Translations under genes and position numbers: made by a program
DNA from: an uncultured Deinococcaceae bacterium
GTDB lineage: Bacteria; Deinococcota; Deinococci; Deinococcales; Deinococcaceae
Direction of reading: 5' to 3'
Length of the DNA stretch: 64,000 nt
Assembly (NCBI GenBank): GCA_964252075.1
Contig: CAXULY010000014.1
Coordinates: 32,001 to 96,000 of the forward strand
Notes under the pieces: generated by a model
Database searches by the model: none
The model's input: the letters and a program-made list of their open reading frames with translations, nothing else
What the model was told of the DNA's origin: nothing
Part shown: piece after piece, positions 32,074-42,815 of the stretch
Position numbering within the stretch: the stretch's first letter is position 1
Layout of the letters: the number at the start of each line of letters is the position of its first letter

Positions 32074-32832
32074 ATGACGTCCAGTTTAAACACCGGCTTG
32101 TTCACCGTTGCCCTGATCGCTTCAGGCGTCGCCTTCGCTCAGCAGAGCACCACGGCCACCTCCACGGCCAACCAGGAACTCTCGTGCCTGCAGCGCGGCG
32201 TCGCGCCCAGAACCGCCGCGGACGCCACGCAAGGCGCGTCTACCACGGGCGGCTCCGCGTCCATCACCAGTGCCACCTCTGGCACGAGCAGTTCGGCTGC
32301 GGCCACCCGAGGGAACAGCGCCACGGGCAGCGGGGCGACAGGTACCGTGGCGGCGCAGCTGAGCACGCCGGAAGTCTGCTTCCTGGATCAGGCGGCGCGC
32401 AGTGGGCTGTTCGAGGTGAAGAGCTCGCAACTCGCCTTGCAGCGCTCCACGAACCCCACGGTGAAGGCGTTCGCGCAGAAAATCATCGCGGACCACACGG
32501 CGGCCAACAATCGACTGAAGGCCCTCGCGGCGAAATACGGGGCGCGTCCCCCGGCTCAGGTGAACACCAACCAGCAGGCGTTGCTGAACACCCTGGAAAC
32601 CATGCGCGGCAGCGCCTTCGACCTGACGTACCTGGCGCAGCAGGTGTCCGCGCACTTCGAGGCGGTGGACCTGTTCTCGTCGTACAGCACGGCGGCAGCC
32701 GCGCCGAATCAGGACGTGCGGCAGTTCGCCTCACAGACCCTGCCGGTCCTGCAGGGCCATGTCTCGCTCGCGCAGCGAACGCAGCGGCAGGTGGCGCAAG
32801 GCACGTCCGGGACCAGCAGCTCAGGAAAATAA
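32074..32832 (+). CDS. Secreted DUF4142 (ferritin-like) protein
   Basis: Signal peptide AFA-Q; FEVKSSQLAL, VKAFAQKIIADH, FDLTYLAQQVSAH and LPVLQGH motifs; AAGGAG RBS. Confidence 0.88.
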   Translation: MTSSLNTGLFTVALIASGVAFAQQSTTATSTANQELSCLQRGVAPRTAADATQGASTTGGSASITSATSGTSSSAAATRGNSATGSGATGTVAAQLSTPEVCFLDQAARSGLFEVKSSQLALQRSTNPTVKAFAQKIIADHTAANNRLKALAAKYGARPPAQVNTNQQALLNTLETMRGSAFDLTYLAQQVSAHFEAVDLFSSYSTAAAAPNQDVRQFASQTLPVLQGHVSLAQRTQRQVAQGTSGTSSSGK

Positions 32833-32842
32833 CGAACGAGGC

Positions 32843-32877
32843 GCTGCAGGTGGGCCATGAGGTGGCCCGCCTGCAGC
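32843..32877 (+). terminator. Stem-loop after the DUF4142 gene
   Basis: gctgcaggtgggcca / tggcccgcctgcagc, 15-bp stem with one G-U pair; no clear U tract. Confidence 0.5.
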
Positions 32878-33453
32878 CCTGCAAGTGGAAGAGCCCTGTT
32901 CAGCGGGTGGCCGGGCTGCAAGGTACTTCGGGTCAAGCAGCGGACTCGGCGGTCCAGGTCCTTCGACAGTCTGCTCGACCTGCATCAACATAAGACAGCG
33001 TTCCGGACCCACAACACGAACCACTTCAGGCACGGGTGTCCTGGCTGGACCACCCAGCGGGGGCCTGCAGGAGCAGTTCGGCGCGTGGTAACACCGGGAC
33101 CAACAACGCACGCACACCCTGATGGAACCCAGCGCAGGGCAGTGCTGCCCTTTCAATGCTGGCGACCCGTGACGCTCATGCAGTCGCACCCGACTGGTTG
33201 GGCAAAAGTTGTGCTCGTGTTCACCTGCACCCTGACTACGGCAGGAGGTAACGGCTGCGTTTTGCCTCCCCTGCCCGCGTTCCCTGTATAGGCCTAGTGG
33301 CGCGACCGGTCCGCGCGCGCACCCGTTCAGCCGTGGACCAGCACGGTGCTGGCGTTTCCTTACAGCGGCGTTCCTCCTGCGCCCTGGGCAGATTCATGTG
33401 CATTCACGGGCTGATCCTGCCGTGGGTTCCCTGGTCGGGCCGTACACTGGTCC

Positions 33454-33942
33454 ATGACCCAGTCCGTTCAACCCGGGGATGTGGTGGTGCTCCAGCACGC
33501 GGACCACGCCATCCTGACCGCCATGCATGCCATTGATGTCGTGCGCAGCGACGTTCACCATGAGGTGACGACCGACGCCCTGCACCTCACCTGGCAGGGC
33601 GAGGGCAGCGCCCTGCTGGTCGAGCTGGCGTACAGCGTGAGTGACCGGCCCAGCGTCACCTACTTCCGCACCTTCTCCCTTGAGCTGCAGCCGGGTGAGC
33701 CGGTGGAGGTGTTCACGGCGGAGCACCTCGCGTCCATGACCAGCCTCGCGCTCGACCCGGACACGAACGAACCGTACCGGGCGGTGCCCTTCGATGGGCA
33801 GCGGACGGTGCACCTGCGGGTGGTGGTGGAGGCCAGCGCGCCCGCGGAGACGACGGTGTTCAAGCTGGTGGCGAGGGTGTCCGCCGCGAGCCCACGCTTC
33901 CGGGTCGAGCCCAGCTGGTCCAGCACCCGGCCCACGCACTGA
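33454..33942 (+). CDS. Hypothetical protein (162 aa, beta-rich)
   Basis: GC3-rich ORF; leaderless TACACT-N5-ATG. Confidence 0.7.
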   Translation: MTQSVQPGDVVVLQHADHAILTAMHAIDVVRSDVHHEVTTDALHLTWQGEGSALLVELAYSVSDRPSVTYFRTFSLELQPGEPVEVFTAEHLASMTSLALDPDTNEPYRAVPFDGQRTVHLRVVVEASAPAETTVFKLVARVSAASPRFRVEPSWSSTRPTH

Positions 33943-34334
33943 AGGCAAGCCGAAGCGCAACGTGTGCGCTGTTCCCACTTCAGCTCACACATCTGAACAA
34001 GGACGGGGATCCGGTGGGAGACACCGAGTCACGCGTGTTTCCTCCACCGTGGCAACGTCAGGTGCCTGAGCAGCGCACGCATAAGGTTTTCAGAGCACCT
34101 CGTGGGTTGCTGGGGCCGAGTGCTGCAGGGATCGGATCAGGTACCGCACTTCCTGTGGTCCTGCCTGGTGCAGATGTACCCATTCTCTACAGACTGAGGG
34201 TCGCGGTGGGGCCAGCCGTGGGTCTAATTCGCCGGAGCCAGCAACTGGCCCGTTGGCGTCCAGGTTATGGCCTGTCGGGGGCGCAGGTGGTGCTCACGGG
34301 CGCTGCATATCATGGGGCGCACCGGAGGTGATTG

Positions 34335-35867
34335 ATGACATTCCGCTGGACCAAGCCCACCATGATCGGCCTGCTGGCGACCGGCACCGCCCTGGCTGCC
34401 GCCCCCGACCCGGCGGCCGTGCAGACCCTGAGCGCCGGCTACGCCACGTACCTCTTCGCCCAGGCCTTCCGGGATTACTGCGTGCAGCGGGCGCCGTCCA
34501 CCGCCGCCGCTGACCAGCGGGCGTTCAGCGCGTGGGCGCGGGCGCAGGGCGTGACGAACATCGAGGCGCGCCTGAACACGCTGCTGGGTGCAGCGGACGC
34601 AGCCACGCTGAAACGCATCGGGAAAAGCAACCAGCCTGCCTTCCAGGCCGCGCTGCAGAAACTGGGCGCGCCCGCCCAGGTGTGCGGGGTGTTCGTTCAG
34701 CAGCTGAACAGCGACACCTTCGATCTGAACGCCAAACTGCCCACCCTGAAGGCGGTCCTGAACGGCCCGCCTGTTCAGACCAACCTGGGCGCGAAGGGGC
34801 AGGCCAACGCGGGCACGGGTGGCGCGCAGGGCACTGTGTACAGCGTGGCGCAACTCTCCACGCTGGCCGGCACGGTCATCAATGCGCTTCCCAAAGGCAC
34901 GCCCGGTGGCCAGCGGACCGCCGCCGTGACCGCCAAACTCAAGGCGCTCGGCACCACCCTGGCCGTCACCGGCACGGTGCCGCAGGACGAGGACTGGCTC
35001 AGCCAGGAAGACCAGCGGCACACCGCCCGCTGGAACGTGCGCTGCTACGACTTCGTGGATGAGGGGGCCTCGCTGGGCCGCTACCACGGTGAGTCCGTGA
35101 CGGTGGTCGGGACCCTGCACGACTTCGACCCCTCGACGTTCATTGAGCTGAACGACTGCCGCATCCTCCCCAGCGTGGCCGGCCTGAAGAAGTCGTCGCT
35201 GCCTGTTGGTGACGCCGGCTGGCGGTACAAGGCGCAGCCCGCCGAGAAATTCCTGGTGGCGGCCGGCAAGGGCCTCAAGGACAGCCAGGTCCTCGCGGTG
35301 TACGCGCAGCAGACCACGGGCGTCGGGGTGGGCGGCATGATGATCATGGAGTTCACGCCGTACCTGTTCCTCAAGGACGGCAGCGTGTACAGTGACCCGT
35401 ACCTCGCGCCGGACAGCTTCAACGCCGCACTGTCACGCGACCTGGAGCCGCAGAAGTGGGGGCACTGGACGCGCCAGGGCAAGGCGTTCCAGATCAAGTG
35501 GGGGGACGGCGAAAGCGAGGCCTTCACCCCGCAGCTCACCGTCACGCCCGCCAAGGTCGGGCAGCGCCTCAGCGGCGCGTTCAACCACCTGGGGGGCGGC
35601 GGCAACACGGCGCTGGGCGGCGACGTGATGGTCGCGTCGTCCTCCACGTACACCTTCACGCCCGATGGGCGGTTCAAGGGCGGCAGCTCGGCCAGCGCTA
35701 CCACCTCGAATGTCACGGCGGGCAGCAGCCGCAGCACCGCCGGGCGCTACAGCCTGCAGGGGTACAACCTCACGCTGCACTACGACGATGGGGGAGAGAA
35801 GCGGCTGTTCTTCTACGTGGTGGACAAGAACATGCTGCACATCGGCGGCGCGGACTTCCTGCACTGA
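34335..35867 (+). CDS. Secreted multidomain protein (helical N-terminus, OB-fold-like middle, beta-rich C-terminus)
   Basis: GGAGG RBS; signal peptide ALA-A; VRC...GESVTVVG...ELNDCRI resembles tRNA_anti-like OB folds. Confidence 0.75.
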   Translation: MTFRWTKPTMIGLLATGTALAAAPDPAAVQTLSAGYATYLFAQAFRDYCVQRAPSTAAADQRAFSAWARAQGVTNIEARLNTLLGAADAATLKRIGKSNQPAFQAALQKLGAPAQVCGVFVQQLNSDTFDLNAKLPTLKAVLNGPPVQTNLGAKGQANAGTGGAQGTVYSVAQLSTLAGTVINALPKGTPGGQRTAAVTAKLKALGTTLAVTGTVPQDEDWLSQEDQRHTARWNVRCYDFVDEGASLGRYHGESVTVVGTLHDFDPSTFIELNDCRILPSVAGLKKSSLPVGDAGWRYKAQPAEKFLVAAGKGLKDSQVLAVYAQQTTGVGVGGMMIMEFTPYLFLKDGSVYSDPYLAPDSFNAALSRDLEPQKWGHWTRQGKAFQIKWGDGESEAFTPQLTVTPAKVGQRLSGAFNHLGGGGNTALGGDVMVASSSTYTFTPDGRFKGGSSASATTSNVTAGSSRSTAGRYSLQGYNLTLHYDDGGEKRLFFYVVDKNMLHIGGADFLH

Positions 35868-35981
35868 CGGCTTCCCGGAGCGTGTGTGCCGCCTGCCATG
35901 GGTGGGCCACATGGGGTCGTCCGCCCACCTGCCCTGTGGCTGATTGGTCACAAAGCGCACCGCCAGGGGCTTGGACGTCTG

Positions 35982-36832
35982 AGAGCGCCGAACAATAAAG
36001 AGCCGCGCATACCCTGCCCAGATGCTCGCTCTCACTGTCTCCGACGACCTTTGGGCGGCTGTTGAACCCATCTTGCCAGCACACCCCACGTCCCGCCGCG
36101 GCCGACCACGCATCCCTGATCTTGCCATGCCCGCCGGGATTCTCTTTGTGCTTAAGACCGGGATCGCCTGGCACCACCTGCCCCTCGCCCTGGGATGCAG
36201 CAGCGGGATGACCTGCTGGCGCTGCCTGCGTGACTGATCACAGCAAGGGGTGGGGGCGGCTCTGCACCCACGCCTCCTCGACCGCCTCTACACGCAAGGC
36301 CAGCCTGACCGCACACGAGCCAGCCTTGACTCCGAGACCGTCGCCTCATCATGTGGTGGGCGCGACACCAGCGCGGATCGCACCAACCTAGGCAAGCTCG
36401 GCTGCAAACGGCACCTCATCGTCGACGGTCGTGGTGTTCCCCTTGGTGTGGTCGTCTCTGCCGTGAACGTGCATGACAGTCGCATGTTCGAACGAGCTCT
36501 GGACGCTGTCAGCGGCGCCTGAGATGGTCGCCGTGGTCGACCACGGCGACGACCGCTCAAGCTCCATGCCGAGCAGGGGTACGACTTCAGGGACTGTCGC
36601 TGTTTTCTTCGCTTCGTGGCCTTAAGCCGCGCCTCGCCCGGCGGGGGTGGCGTCAAGCAGCACGCTGGGACAGTACCGCTGGAAGGTGGAGCGCCCTCTC
36701 GTGGACGCTGGCGCATCGGGAGCTTGCGGCGCGCCGGGTACGAAGGCCGGAGTTGTTCGAAGCATTGTGCTGGTTGGGTGCGCCCTGATCTGTGTGCGTT
36801 GACTCGCCGGAAGGTGATGAGACAAGGTTCTA
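35982..36832 (+). mobile_element. Degenerate IS5-family insertion sequence (transposase pseudogene from 36022); boundaries approximate
   Basis: SDDLWAAVEPILP..GRPR..GILFVLKTGIAW, KRHLIVDGRGVPL..NVHDS, GYD and YRWKVER motifs; TGA at 36235 and 36520 plus a frameshift; terminal repeats eroded. Confidence 0.85.
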
Positions 36833-37037
36833 CGCTCGTTCGCGCCTGTCCCTCAGAGGCTTCCGGCAGGCTGGTGGGGACGGCGCGCGGTCGCTGAAGG
36901 CCGTCAGCGCCATGGTCGTACATCAGGACGCCCCTGATCATCAAACAGGTGGTGCGAGTCTCTGTTGGGCGAGGCGCTCTGCACAACCGTTGGGGGAACT
37001 GAACCCAACGTGACCCCCTTTGAGTTGACTGGCGCGT

Positions 37038-39359
37038 TCAGTTCGCGCCGCTCGGCCTGATGTAGTGGCACATTCCAGTCCACACGGCCAGCGGACCTTT
37101 ACTGCGGGACGGGTCGGGGGCGTTGACCTTGACCGTCACCGTGCATGCGTCCACCGCTGCATTCCCGGAGATGGGCACTCCGTTGACCGTCTGGTTCATC
37201 AGCTGGACAGCCGACTGGGTGGAGGCCGTTGCGGAGACCAGCACGATTCCCGGCGCGCCGGGTGGGTTCACCACCAGTTGCCAGTCGTAGGTCAGGGCCT
37301 CACCCCGTGGGTTGTCCACGGCCACCCGTGCGGAGAAGCGCCTGGGTGGGTCCCCCGCGATCGCCACGGTGCAGCCGTCCTGCGACAGGTCAATGGTGGC
37401 CCCCATGCCCACGTTCACGTCCACGCAATACTGAAATGCGCCCGACCCGGCGCGGTCCCTCGCATACACGCCACCACCCACGACCCGCGGATAGGGATCA
37501 GCGGGCGGCGGCTGCACCGTCACCGTCACGGCCTTGGATGTCGCCGCGCCGTCGCTGTCGGTGGTGGTTACCCGGACCTGCCGGGCACCGGTCACACCGA
37601 AGGTCACCGTCTGCAGGCAACCGGTGTTTGCGCTCAGCGTGTCAGGGGCGTCCACAGTCCACACCGACCGGACGCACAGCGCGGCGACGTCCACTTCGTT
37701 GGGGTCCTCGATCAGCGCCGCGACGCTGAACGGCTCGCCCTGAAAGGCCTCACCTGCGGCCTGCAGGGCCACGGTGGGGGCTGCGTTCGCGATGTAGAGG
37801 AAGAACGACCGACTGGCGGTCGTGCCCTGATGGTCCCGCACAGTGATGGTGATGCGGCGCTGCCCCTCGCGGCTGAAGGCGTAACTCCCCTTGGTGGGCA
37901 GCGGGCCGTCCACGTCGGACACCACCGTGACGCCCACCCCGCAGCCGTCCTCAAGGTCCGTGGCGATGAAGTACGAGACGACCGGGAACCCACCGAAGGC
38001 AACGCAGCCGTTGCCCATGAAGGCGGGCACCCGCAGGCCCAGAAACGCGGTCTTTGGTCCGCCGATCACCGCGATGGAGCCCGGCTTGGCGAGGTCCGTC
38101 AGCGTCAGGTCTGGCGGGGTGTTTCCGGCGCGGGCGAACTCCTGGGTCTGGTCAAATAGATTGACCTGGTAGTCCGCGAGCGTCCCGAGGATGGGCAGCT
38201 CCACCTTGAAGTTCATGTGGCCCTTCAGCACGCCGTTCACAATCCAGGTCGGGTCGCGCGGCACCTGCCCGTCCAGTTCGAGGCCGCCCAGCAGGGACAT
38301 TTCCGGACCCGCCACGTCGTAGAGCTTGAATCCGAAGGTGGATTTTACGCCGCCCGTGGGCTTCACGCTGCCGAAGACGGTGGGGGTGGGCACGTCGCCG
38401 CTGAACTCGAAGTCGGAGATGTTCTTCCAGCCGTCATCGGGGGTCCAGCGCGCGCCGAGCTGCGCGACGCTGCCCTCCTGCGCCTGGAAGTCGAACTTGC
38501 CCTCGACGCGCCCGCCCGCCGACAGGTACAGGTCGAGCCGCGGGACCACCACCACCGGGACGGGACCGATGAAGAAGGTCAGCGGCTCGTAGTACTGCGT
38601 GGCGAACTTGACTTCGTCCCCCAGGTCCCCGGTGATGTCGCCGCTGATGTGCAGGCGGGCCTGCTGGGCGAAACCCACGCTCGCTTCGATCGGCCCCACG
38701 GACGGCAGGCGCGGCGGAATGAGGCTGGGCCCGCTCACCCCGACGGACACGCCCAACCCCACGTTGTAACTGACCGAGCCATCCACGGTCACCTGCCCGC
38801 TCACGTTGGGGGCCACCTGCGGCACGAAGACGTGGTTGAAGGTCACGCTGAACGCGTAGTGCTCGCCCACCCCCACCTGATCCTGCGCGCGCACCCGGGC
38901 GCCTCCCGGGGTGATGGTCACGCCCTGCAGCAGAAGGTCGGTGCGCTGCACCTGGGCGGGCGTGAGGTCCACGTGGGCCTCCAGCACGCCCTGGGAGACG
39001 GCGTCCGTCAGTTGCGCCTGGGTGGTCTCCACGACCGTCTGGGCGCCCTCCACGCGGACCGTGGTGACTTTCCGCAGGTAACCGTCCGGCGCGGCGCTGG
39101 ATGGGCTGGACACCAGCACGTCGCCGGGGTTCAGCGCGGCGAGGGTGGGCGTCCGCGTTGAGAAGCGCAGCGTGCCCGTGGCGCGGTCGTACGCCGTGAG
39201 CGCCGACCGGGTGTCAGGATCACTGATTTTGGTGGTGGGTGGGATGATCGGGTCGGTCGGGCCCGCCGGCGGGCGTGGATTGGGGGTGGGCGCAGAGGGG
39301 CTCGGGGTGCCGCAGGCCGACAGCACACACATCAGCACGATCAACAGCACTCGGTTCAT
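37038..39359 (-). CDS. Large beta-rich lipoprotein (773 aa) with C-terminal PKD/Ig-like domains
   Basis: MNRVLLIVLMCVLSACG lipobox; PGDVLVS..PDGYLRKV block; VTTTDSDGA and ITVRDHQG PKD-like motifs. Confidence 0.8.
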   Translation of the reverse strand: MNRVLLIVLMCVLSACGTPSPSAPTPNPRPPAGPTDPIIPPTTKISDPDTRSALTAYDRATGTLRFSTRTPTLAALNPGDVLVSSPSSAAPDGYLRKVTTVRVEGAQTVVETTQAQLTDAVSQGVLEAHVDLTPAQVQRTDLLLQGVTITPGGARVRAQDQVGVGEHYAFSVTFNHVFVPQVAPNVSGQVTVDGSVSYNVGLGVSVGVSGPSLIPPRLPSVGPIEASVGFAQQARLHISGDITGDLGDEVKFATQYYEPLTFFIGPVPVVVVPRLDLYLSAGGRVEGKFDFQAQEGSVAQLGARWTPDDGWKNISDFEFSGDVPTPTVFGSVKPTGGVKSTFGFKLYDVAGPEMSLLGGLELDGQVPRDPTWIVNGVLKGHMNFKVELPILGTLADYQVNLFDQTQEFARAGNTPPDLTLTDLAKPGSIAVIGGPKTAFLGLRVPAFMGNGCVAFGGFPVVSYFIATDLEDGCGVGVTVVSDVDGPLPTKGSYAFSREGQRRITITVRDHQGTTASRSFFLYIANAAPTVALQAAGEAFQGEPFSVAALIEDPNEVDVAALCVRSVWTVDAPDTLSANTGCLQTVTFGVTGARQVRVTTTDSDGAATSKAVTVTVQPPPADPYPRVVGGGVYARDRAGSGAFQYCVDVNVGMGATIDLSQDGCTVAIAGDPPRRFSARVAVDNPRGEALTYDWQLVVNPPGAPGIVLVSATASTQSAVQLMNQTVNGVPISGNAAVDACTVTVKVNAPDPSRSKGPLAVWTGMCHYIRPSGAN

Positions 39360-39610
39360 GACCAGTTCTCCTCGCTGGGAGTTCCTGGCGGCGCAGCCAG
39401 TGTGGTGGTCCAGCGGGACAGCGCGCGAATGCCCGATTGAATCAGCTCTGCCTCGACCAGGGTGGACCCTAAGCCTTGCCGACGCCACGTCGCTTCCGGT
39501 GTTCTGGCGGGGTGGGGCGCGGTCGCTCCCGGCCCGTGAGGGTGCGCCCACCTGTGCGGCCGATGTTCAGCAAGTGAGGTGTAGGGGCACCGTACCACCT
39601 GAACCACTCA

Positions 39611-39633
39611 GGCGCGTGAGGGGCTCACGCGCC
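39611..39633. terminator. Perfect hairpin between two secreted-protein genes
   Basis: ggcgcgtgag-ggg-ctcacgcgcc. Confidence 0.45.
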
Positions 39634-39761
39634 GCGAGAGGCATTGCGCCGCACATCCCTTCCCAGGACCCCCACGCCGCTGCACCGCGCCTGGCCCACC
39701 AGCCAAGCGCCAGCCCTCCCCGCACCTCCATCCGTCCGGCTTGCGGAGCGATGCCGGTGCG

Positions 39762-40289
39762 TCAGCGGGCCGGGCCAATGTACAGCTGCACCTGGCCGGT
39801 GTCTGAGAGGCGCGGTTTGCAGGCGTCCTCGACCGGGATGAAGGTCATGGCAACCTTCTGGCCAGCCAGCTGCACGACCCGCACCTCCTGCACGCTGCGC
39901 GCGCATTCAGGCATGCCGGGCGGCGGGTTGGCCACGGTGATGGTCATGCGGCGCCCGTCGAAGCGGTAGGTGCCGTGCGGGAAGTGGCCGTAACCTGGGA
40001 GGGCGACGTGATCCAGGGTGTCGGCCAGCGCGAAGGTGCCGTCGGCGCTGTACCGGATGAAGCCCATGCCGCCCACCGGCGCGAACATCGGGTTGCTCTG
40101 GTACTGCTTCCAGATGCCCGACATGTCGGCGGTGGCGGTGGCGGCCACCACGCACGGCGCGGTCGTTCCCGCCTCGCACGCGACGAGCGGAGGTCGGGGA
40201 GGGGAGGCGCTGGGCCCCTGGGACTGAGCGAGCCCGGAGCCCAGCAGCAGGGGCGCGACCACCACCATGCACAACAGCCATTCCTTCAT
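39762..40289 (-). CDS. Secreted Cys-containing lipocalin-like hypothetical protein (175 aa)
   Basis: AGGAGG RBS; signal peptide GLA-Q; GIW...ADGTF...GTYRFDG pattern; four Cys in the mature part. Confidence 0.7.
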   Translation of the reverse strand: MKEWLLCMVVVAPLLLGSGLAQSQGPSASPPRPPLVACEAGTTAPCVVAATATADMSGIWKQYQSNPMFAPVGGMGFIRYSADGTFALADTLDHVALPGYGHFPHGTYRFDGRRMTITVANPPPGMPECARSVQEVRVVQLAGQKVAMTFIPVEDACKPRLSDTGQVQLYIGPAR

Positions 40290-40354
40290 GCGTTCCTCCT
40301 GTCCAGAAGACACCATCATTGAAATCCCCCGTCCCAGACGGCACAAGCGTTTTG

Positions 40355-40396
40355 CGGTACCAGGGTCGTACCATGGGTCGTACAGGGAGGCGTACC
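40355..40396. promoter_or_regulatory. Four direct (C)GTAC repeats at 11-12 bp spacing, candidate operator of the adjacent XRE/NB-ARC regulator
   Basis: GTAC at 40357, 40368, 40380 and 40392 in the divergent intergenic region. Confidence 0.55.
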
Positions 40397-40400
40397 GGTC

Positions 40401-42689
40401 ATGAACCAAGCACAGGCGGGAAACGGGGAAGCAGGACGTTTCGGCGCATGGGTCCGCACCCAGCGCAAGGCGCTCTGGCTCACCCAGAAGAAACTGGCCC
40501 GGCTGGTCGGCTGCGCCCCCGTCACGATTCAGAAAATCGAGGAGGGCCGCCGCCGCCCCTCACCTGCCGTGGCCCACGCGCTGGCGAAGCACCTGGAGCT
40601 CACCGTGGCACAGCAGGAGCTGTTTCTGCAGCTGGCCCGCACCGCCCCCACCGCTCCCCGAACACCGCCGCCCGCGGCCCTCCGCCCGGGGTTTCCCGTT
40701 CCGCCGTTCCCGCTCATCGGACGGGCGGAGGCGCTGGTCGCACTGCATCACCGCCTGCTGTTGCCCTCGTCGCGGCTCATCACGCTGACTGGACCGCCGG
40801 GTGTCGGCAAGACCCGCCTCGCCGTGGGGCTGGCGGACCAGCTGCGCGCCGACTTCCCGGAAGCCCCGTCCTTCATTTCGCTCGCGGCCATCGAGGACTC
40901 CACACAGGTGCTGCCCACCATCAATCGACATCTGGGCCTGCCGGACAGCGGCGCCCTCAGCCTCGGTGAGCGGCTTATGCACTCCCTGAGGAACCGGCCG
41001 GCGCTGCTGGTGCTGGACAACTTCGAGCACCTGCTGGACGCGGCCCCACTGCTGGCCCCCGTGCTGGACGCCTGCCCTGGCCTGCGCCTGCTTGTCACCA
41101 GCCGAACCGCCCTGCGGCTCTCGGCGGAGCAGGAATGGCCCCTTGTGCCACTGGAGGTCGCCCCAGCTGCCCAGCTGTTCGCAGCCCGCGTCCAGGCCTT
41201 CGACCCCACCTTCGAACTGAACGCCCACACCGCGCCCCTCGTGGCCGAGGTCGTCACGCGCCTGGACGGCCTGCCGCTCGCCATCGAGCTGGCCGCCGTG
41301 CGCTTGCGCTATGGGCCGCTCGCCGAGCTGACCGCCCAACTGCGCCATGACCCGCTCGCGCCGCTCGGGAAGGGGCCAGTGGATGGGCCGCCCCGCCAGC
41401 GCACCCTGCACAACGCCATCGCCTGGAGTGACGAGCGGCTCCCCAGGCGCGTGCAGCGCGTCATCCGGCACCTCGGGGTGTTCGTCGGGGGTTTCGACGC
41501 GCAGGCCGCGACCGCCGTCGCGACGGCCACCCCCTCGGACCTGGAAGCGCTGCTTGACGGCCACCTCATCCGGCGCGACGGTGGGCGCTTCTCCATCCTC
41601 GAAACCGTGCGCGCGTACGCCCTCGAACGGCTCGCGGAGCACCGGGAGATGGAAGCGGCCAGGGACGCCCACCAGGCGTATTTCCTGGGTGTGGCGCTGG
41701 CCCGGCAGGGCGCGGATCTTGACTGGTTCGAAGTAGAAGTCGGGAACTTGCGGGCGGCCATGCGCGCCCAGCTGGAAGGCGGTCACGTCGAGGCGGCCCT
41801 GAGGCTCGCGCTGGGCAGCTACTGGTTCTGGGAGACGCGCGGCTACCAGCGCGAAGGCCTGGAGTGGTTCAGGACCATTCTGGACCACCCGGGGCGGGTG
41901 CCTGCGGACCTGCGCCTGGCGGGCCTGAACACCGGGTCCACGATGGCGTGGCAGTCCGGGCGCTTCGACCTGAGCCGCTCGTGGCTCGCTGAAGGCACGG
42001 CGCTCAGCCAACTGACGGGCAACGAGGAGTGGCACGCCACGCTCCTCATGCAGCAGGGCAAAGTGGAGGTGGAACAGGGCCGGTACCCCGAGGCGCGCGC
42101 GGCGCTCCAGCCCGCGCTGGAAGGGGCGCGGCGGCGCTCCCTGCCGCACCTGGAGTGCGCCGTGTGGCTGCAGCTGGCCGACGCGAGCCTCGGCGAAGGT
42201 GCACTCGACCACGCTGAAGCGCACGCCACGCATTGGCTCGCGCTGTGCCGGGCGCACGCCGGCCTGTTCTGGGAGGCGCCGCTGCATCAGGTGCTGGGGC
42301 TCACCGCCCTCCAGCGGGGAGACGTCGCCCTGGCCCGCCAGCACCTCGCGCAGGCCCTGCACCTGGCGACGGGCACCGAACACCGCCTCCAGGTGACGCT
42401 GTTCCTCACGGGTCTCGCCGCCACACTCAGCGCCACAAGCGCAGACCGCACCGACTTCATGCGGGCCACGCGCGTGTGGGCCTGCGTGGAAACCACCCGC
42501 AACCACGCGGGATACACGTGGTCCGTCGCTTTCCAGGACCGCTACCACCGTTGGACCGCCCGGGCCCGAGCGCAGCTCAGCGCCCAGGACTGGACCCAGG
42601 CTTGGGCGGACGGACAGACCATGGCGCTCCAGGATGCCGTGGTGGACCTGCTGACCTACACCGCACCACACCGCGCCACGCCCGCCTGA
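40401..42689 (+). CDS. XRE-HTH / NB-ARC-like STAND ATPase / TPR regulator
   Basis: LTQKKLARLVGC..TIQKIEEGRRRPS; GPPGVGKT; LLVLDNFEH; LDGLPLAIELAA; helical repeats at the C-terminus. Confidence 0.92.
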   Translation: MNQAQAGNGEAGRFGAWVRTQRKALWLTQKKLARLVGCAPVTIQKIEEGRRRPSPAVAHALAKHLELTVAQQELFLQLARTAPTAPRTPPPAALRPGFPVPPFPLIGRAEALVALHHRLLLPSSRLITLTGPPGVGKTRLAVGLADQLRADFPEAPSFISLAAIEDSTQVLPTINRHLGLPDSGALSLGERLMHSLRNRPALLVLDNFEHLLDAAPLLAPVLDACPGLRLLVTSRTALRLSAEQEWPLVPLEVAPAAQLFAARVQAFDPTFELNAHTAPLVAEVVTRLDGLPLAIELAAVRLRYGPLAELTAQLRHDPLAPLGKGPVDGPPRQRTLHNAIAWSDERLPRRVQRVIRHLGVFVGGFDAQAATAVATATPSDLEALLDGHLIRRDGGRFSILETVRAYALERLAEHREMEAARDAHQAYFLGVALARQGADLDWFEVEVGNLRAAMRAQLEGGHVEAALRLALGSYWFWETRGYQREGLEWFRTILDHPGRVPADLRLAGLNTGSTMAWQSGRFDLSRSWLAEGTALSQLTGNEEWHATLLMQQGKVEVEQGRYPEARAALQPALEGARRRSLPHLECAVWLQLADASLGEGALDHAEAHATHWLALCRAHAGLFWEAPLHQVLGLTALQRGDVALARQHLAQALHLATGTEHRLQVTLFLTGLAATLSATSADRTDFMRATRVWACVETTRNHAGYTWSVAFQDRYHRWTARARAQLSAQDWTQAWADGQTMALQDAVVDLLTYTAPHRATPA

Positions 42690-42815
42690 GGCCCAAGGAA
42701 CAGGGGCTCCGAAGTCCCTGATCGAAGCCGCACAGAGCAGCAGCTGGCACGGCAGGCTCGGTGGGCGGGCTTCAGGAGTTTCCGTTCGCGTGGGGAGATA
42801 TGCATACTGAAGGCA

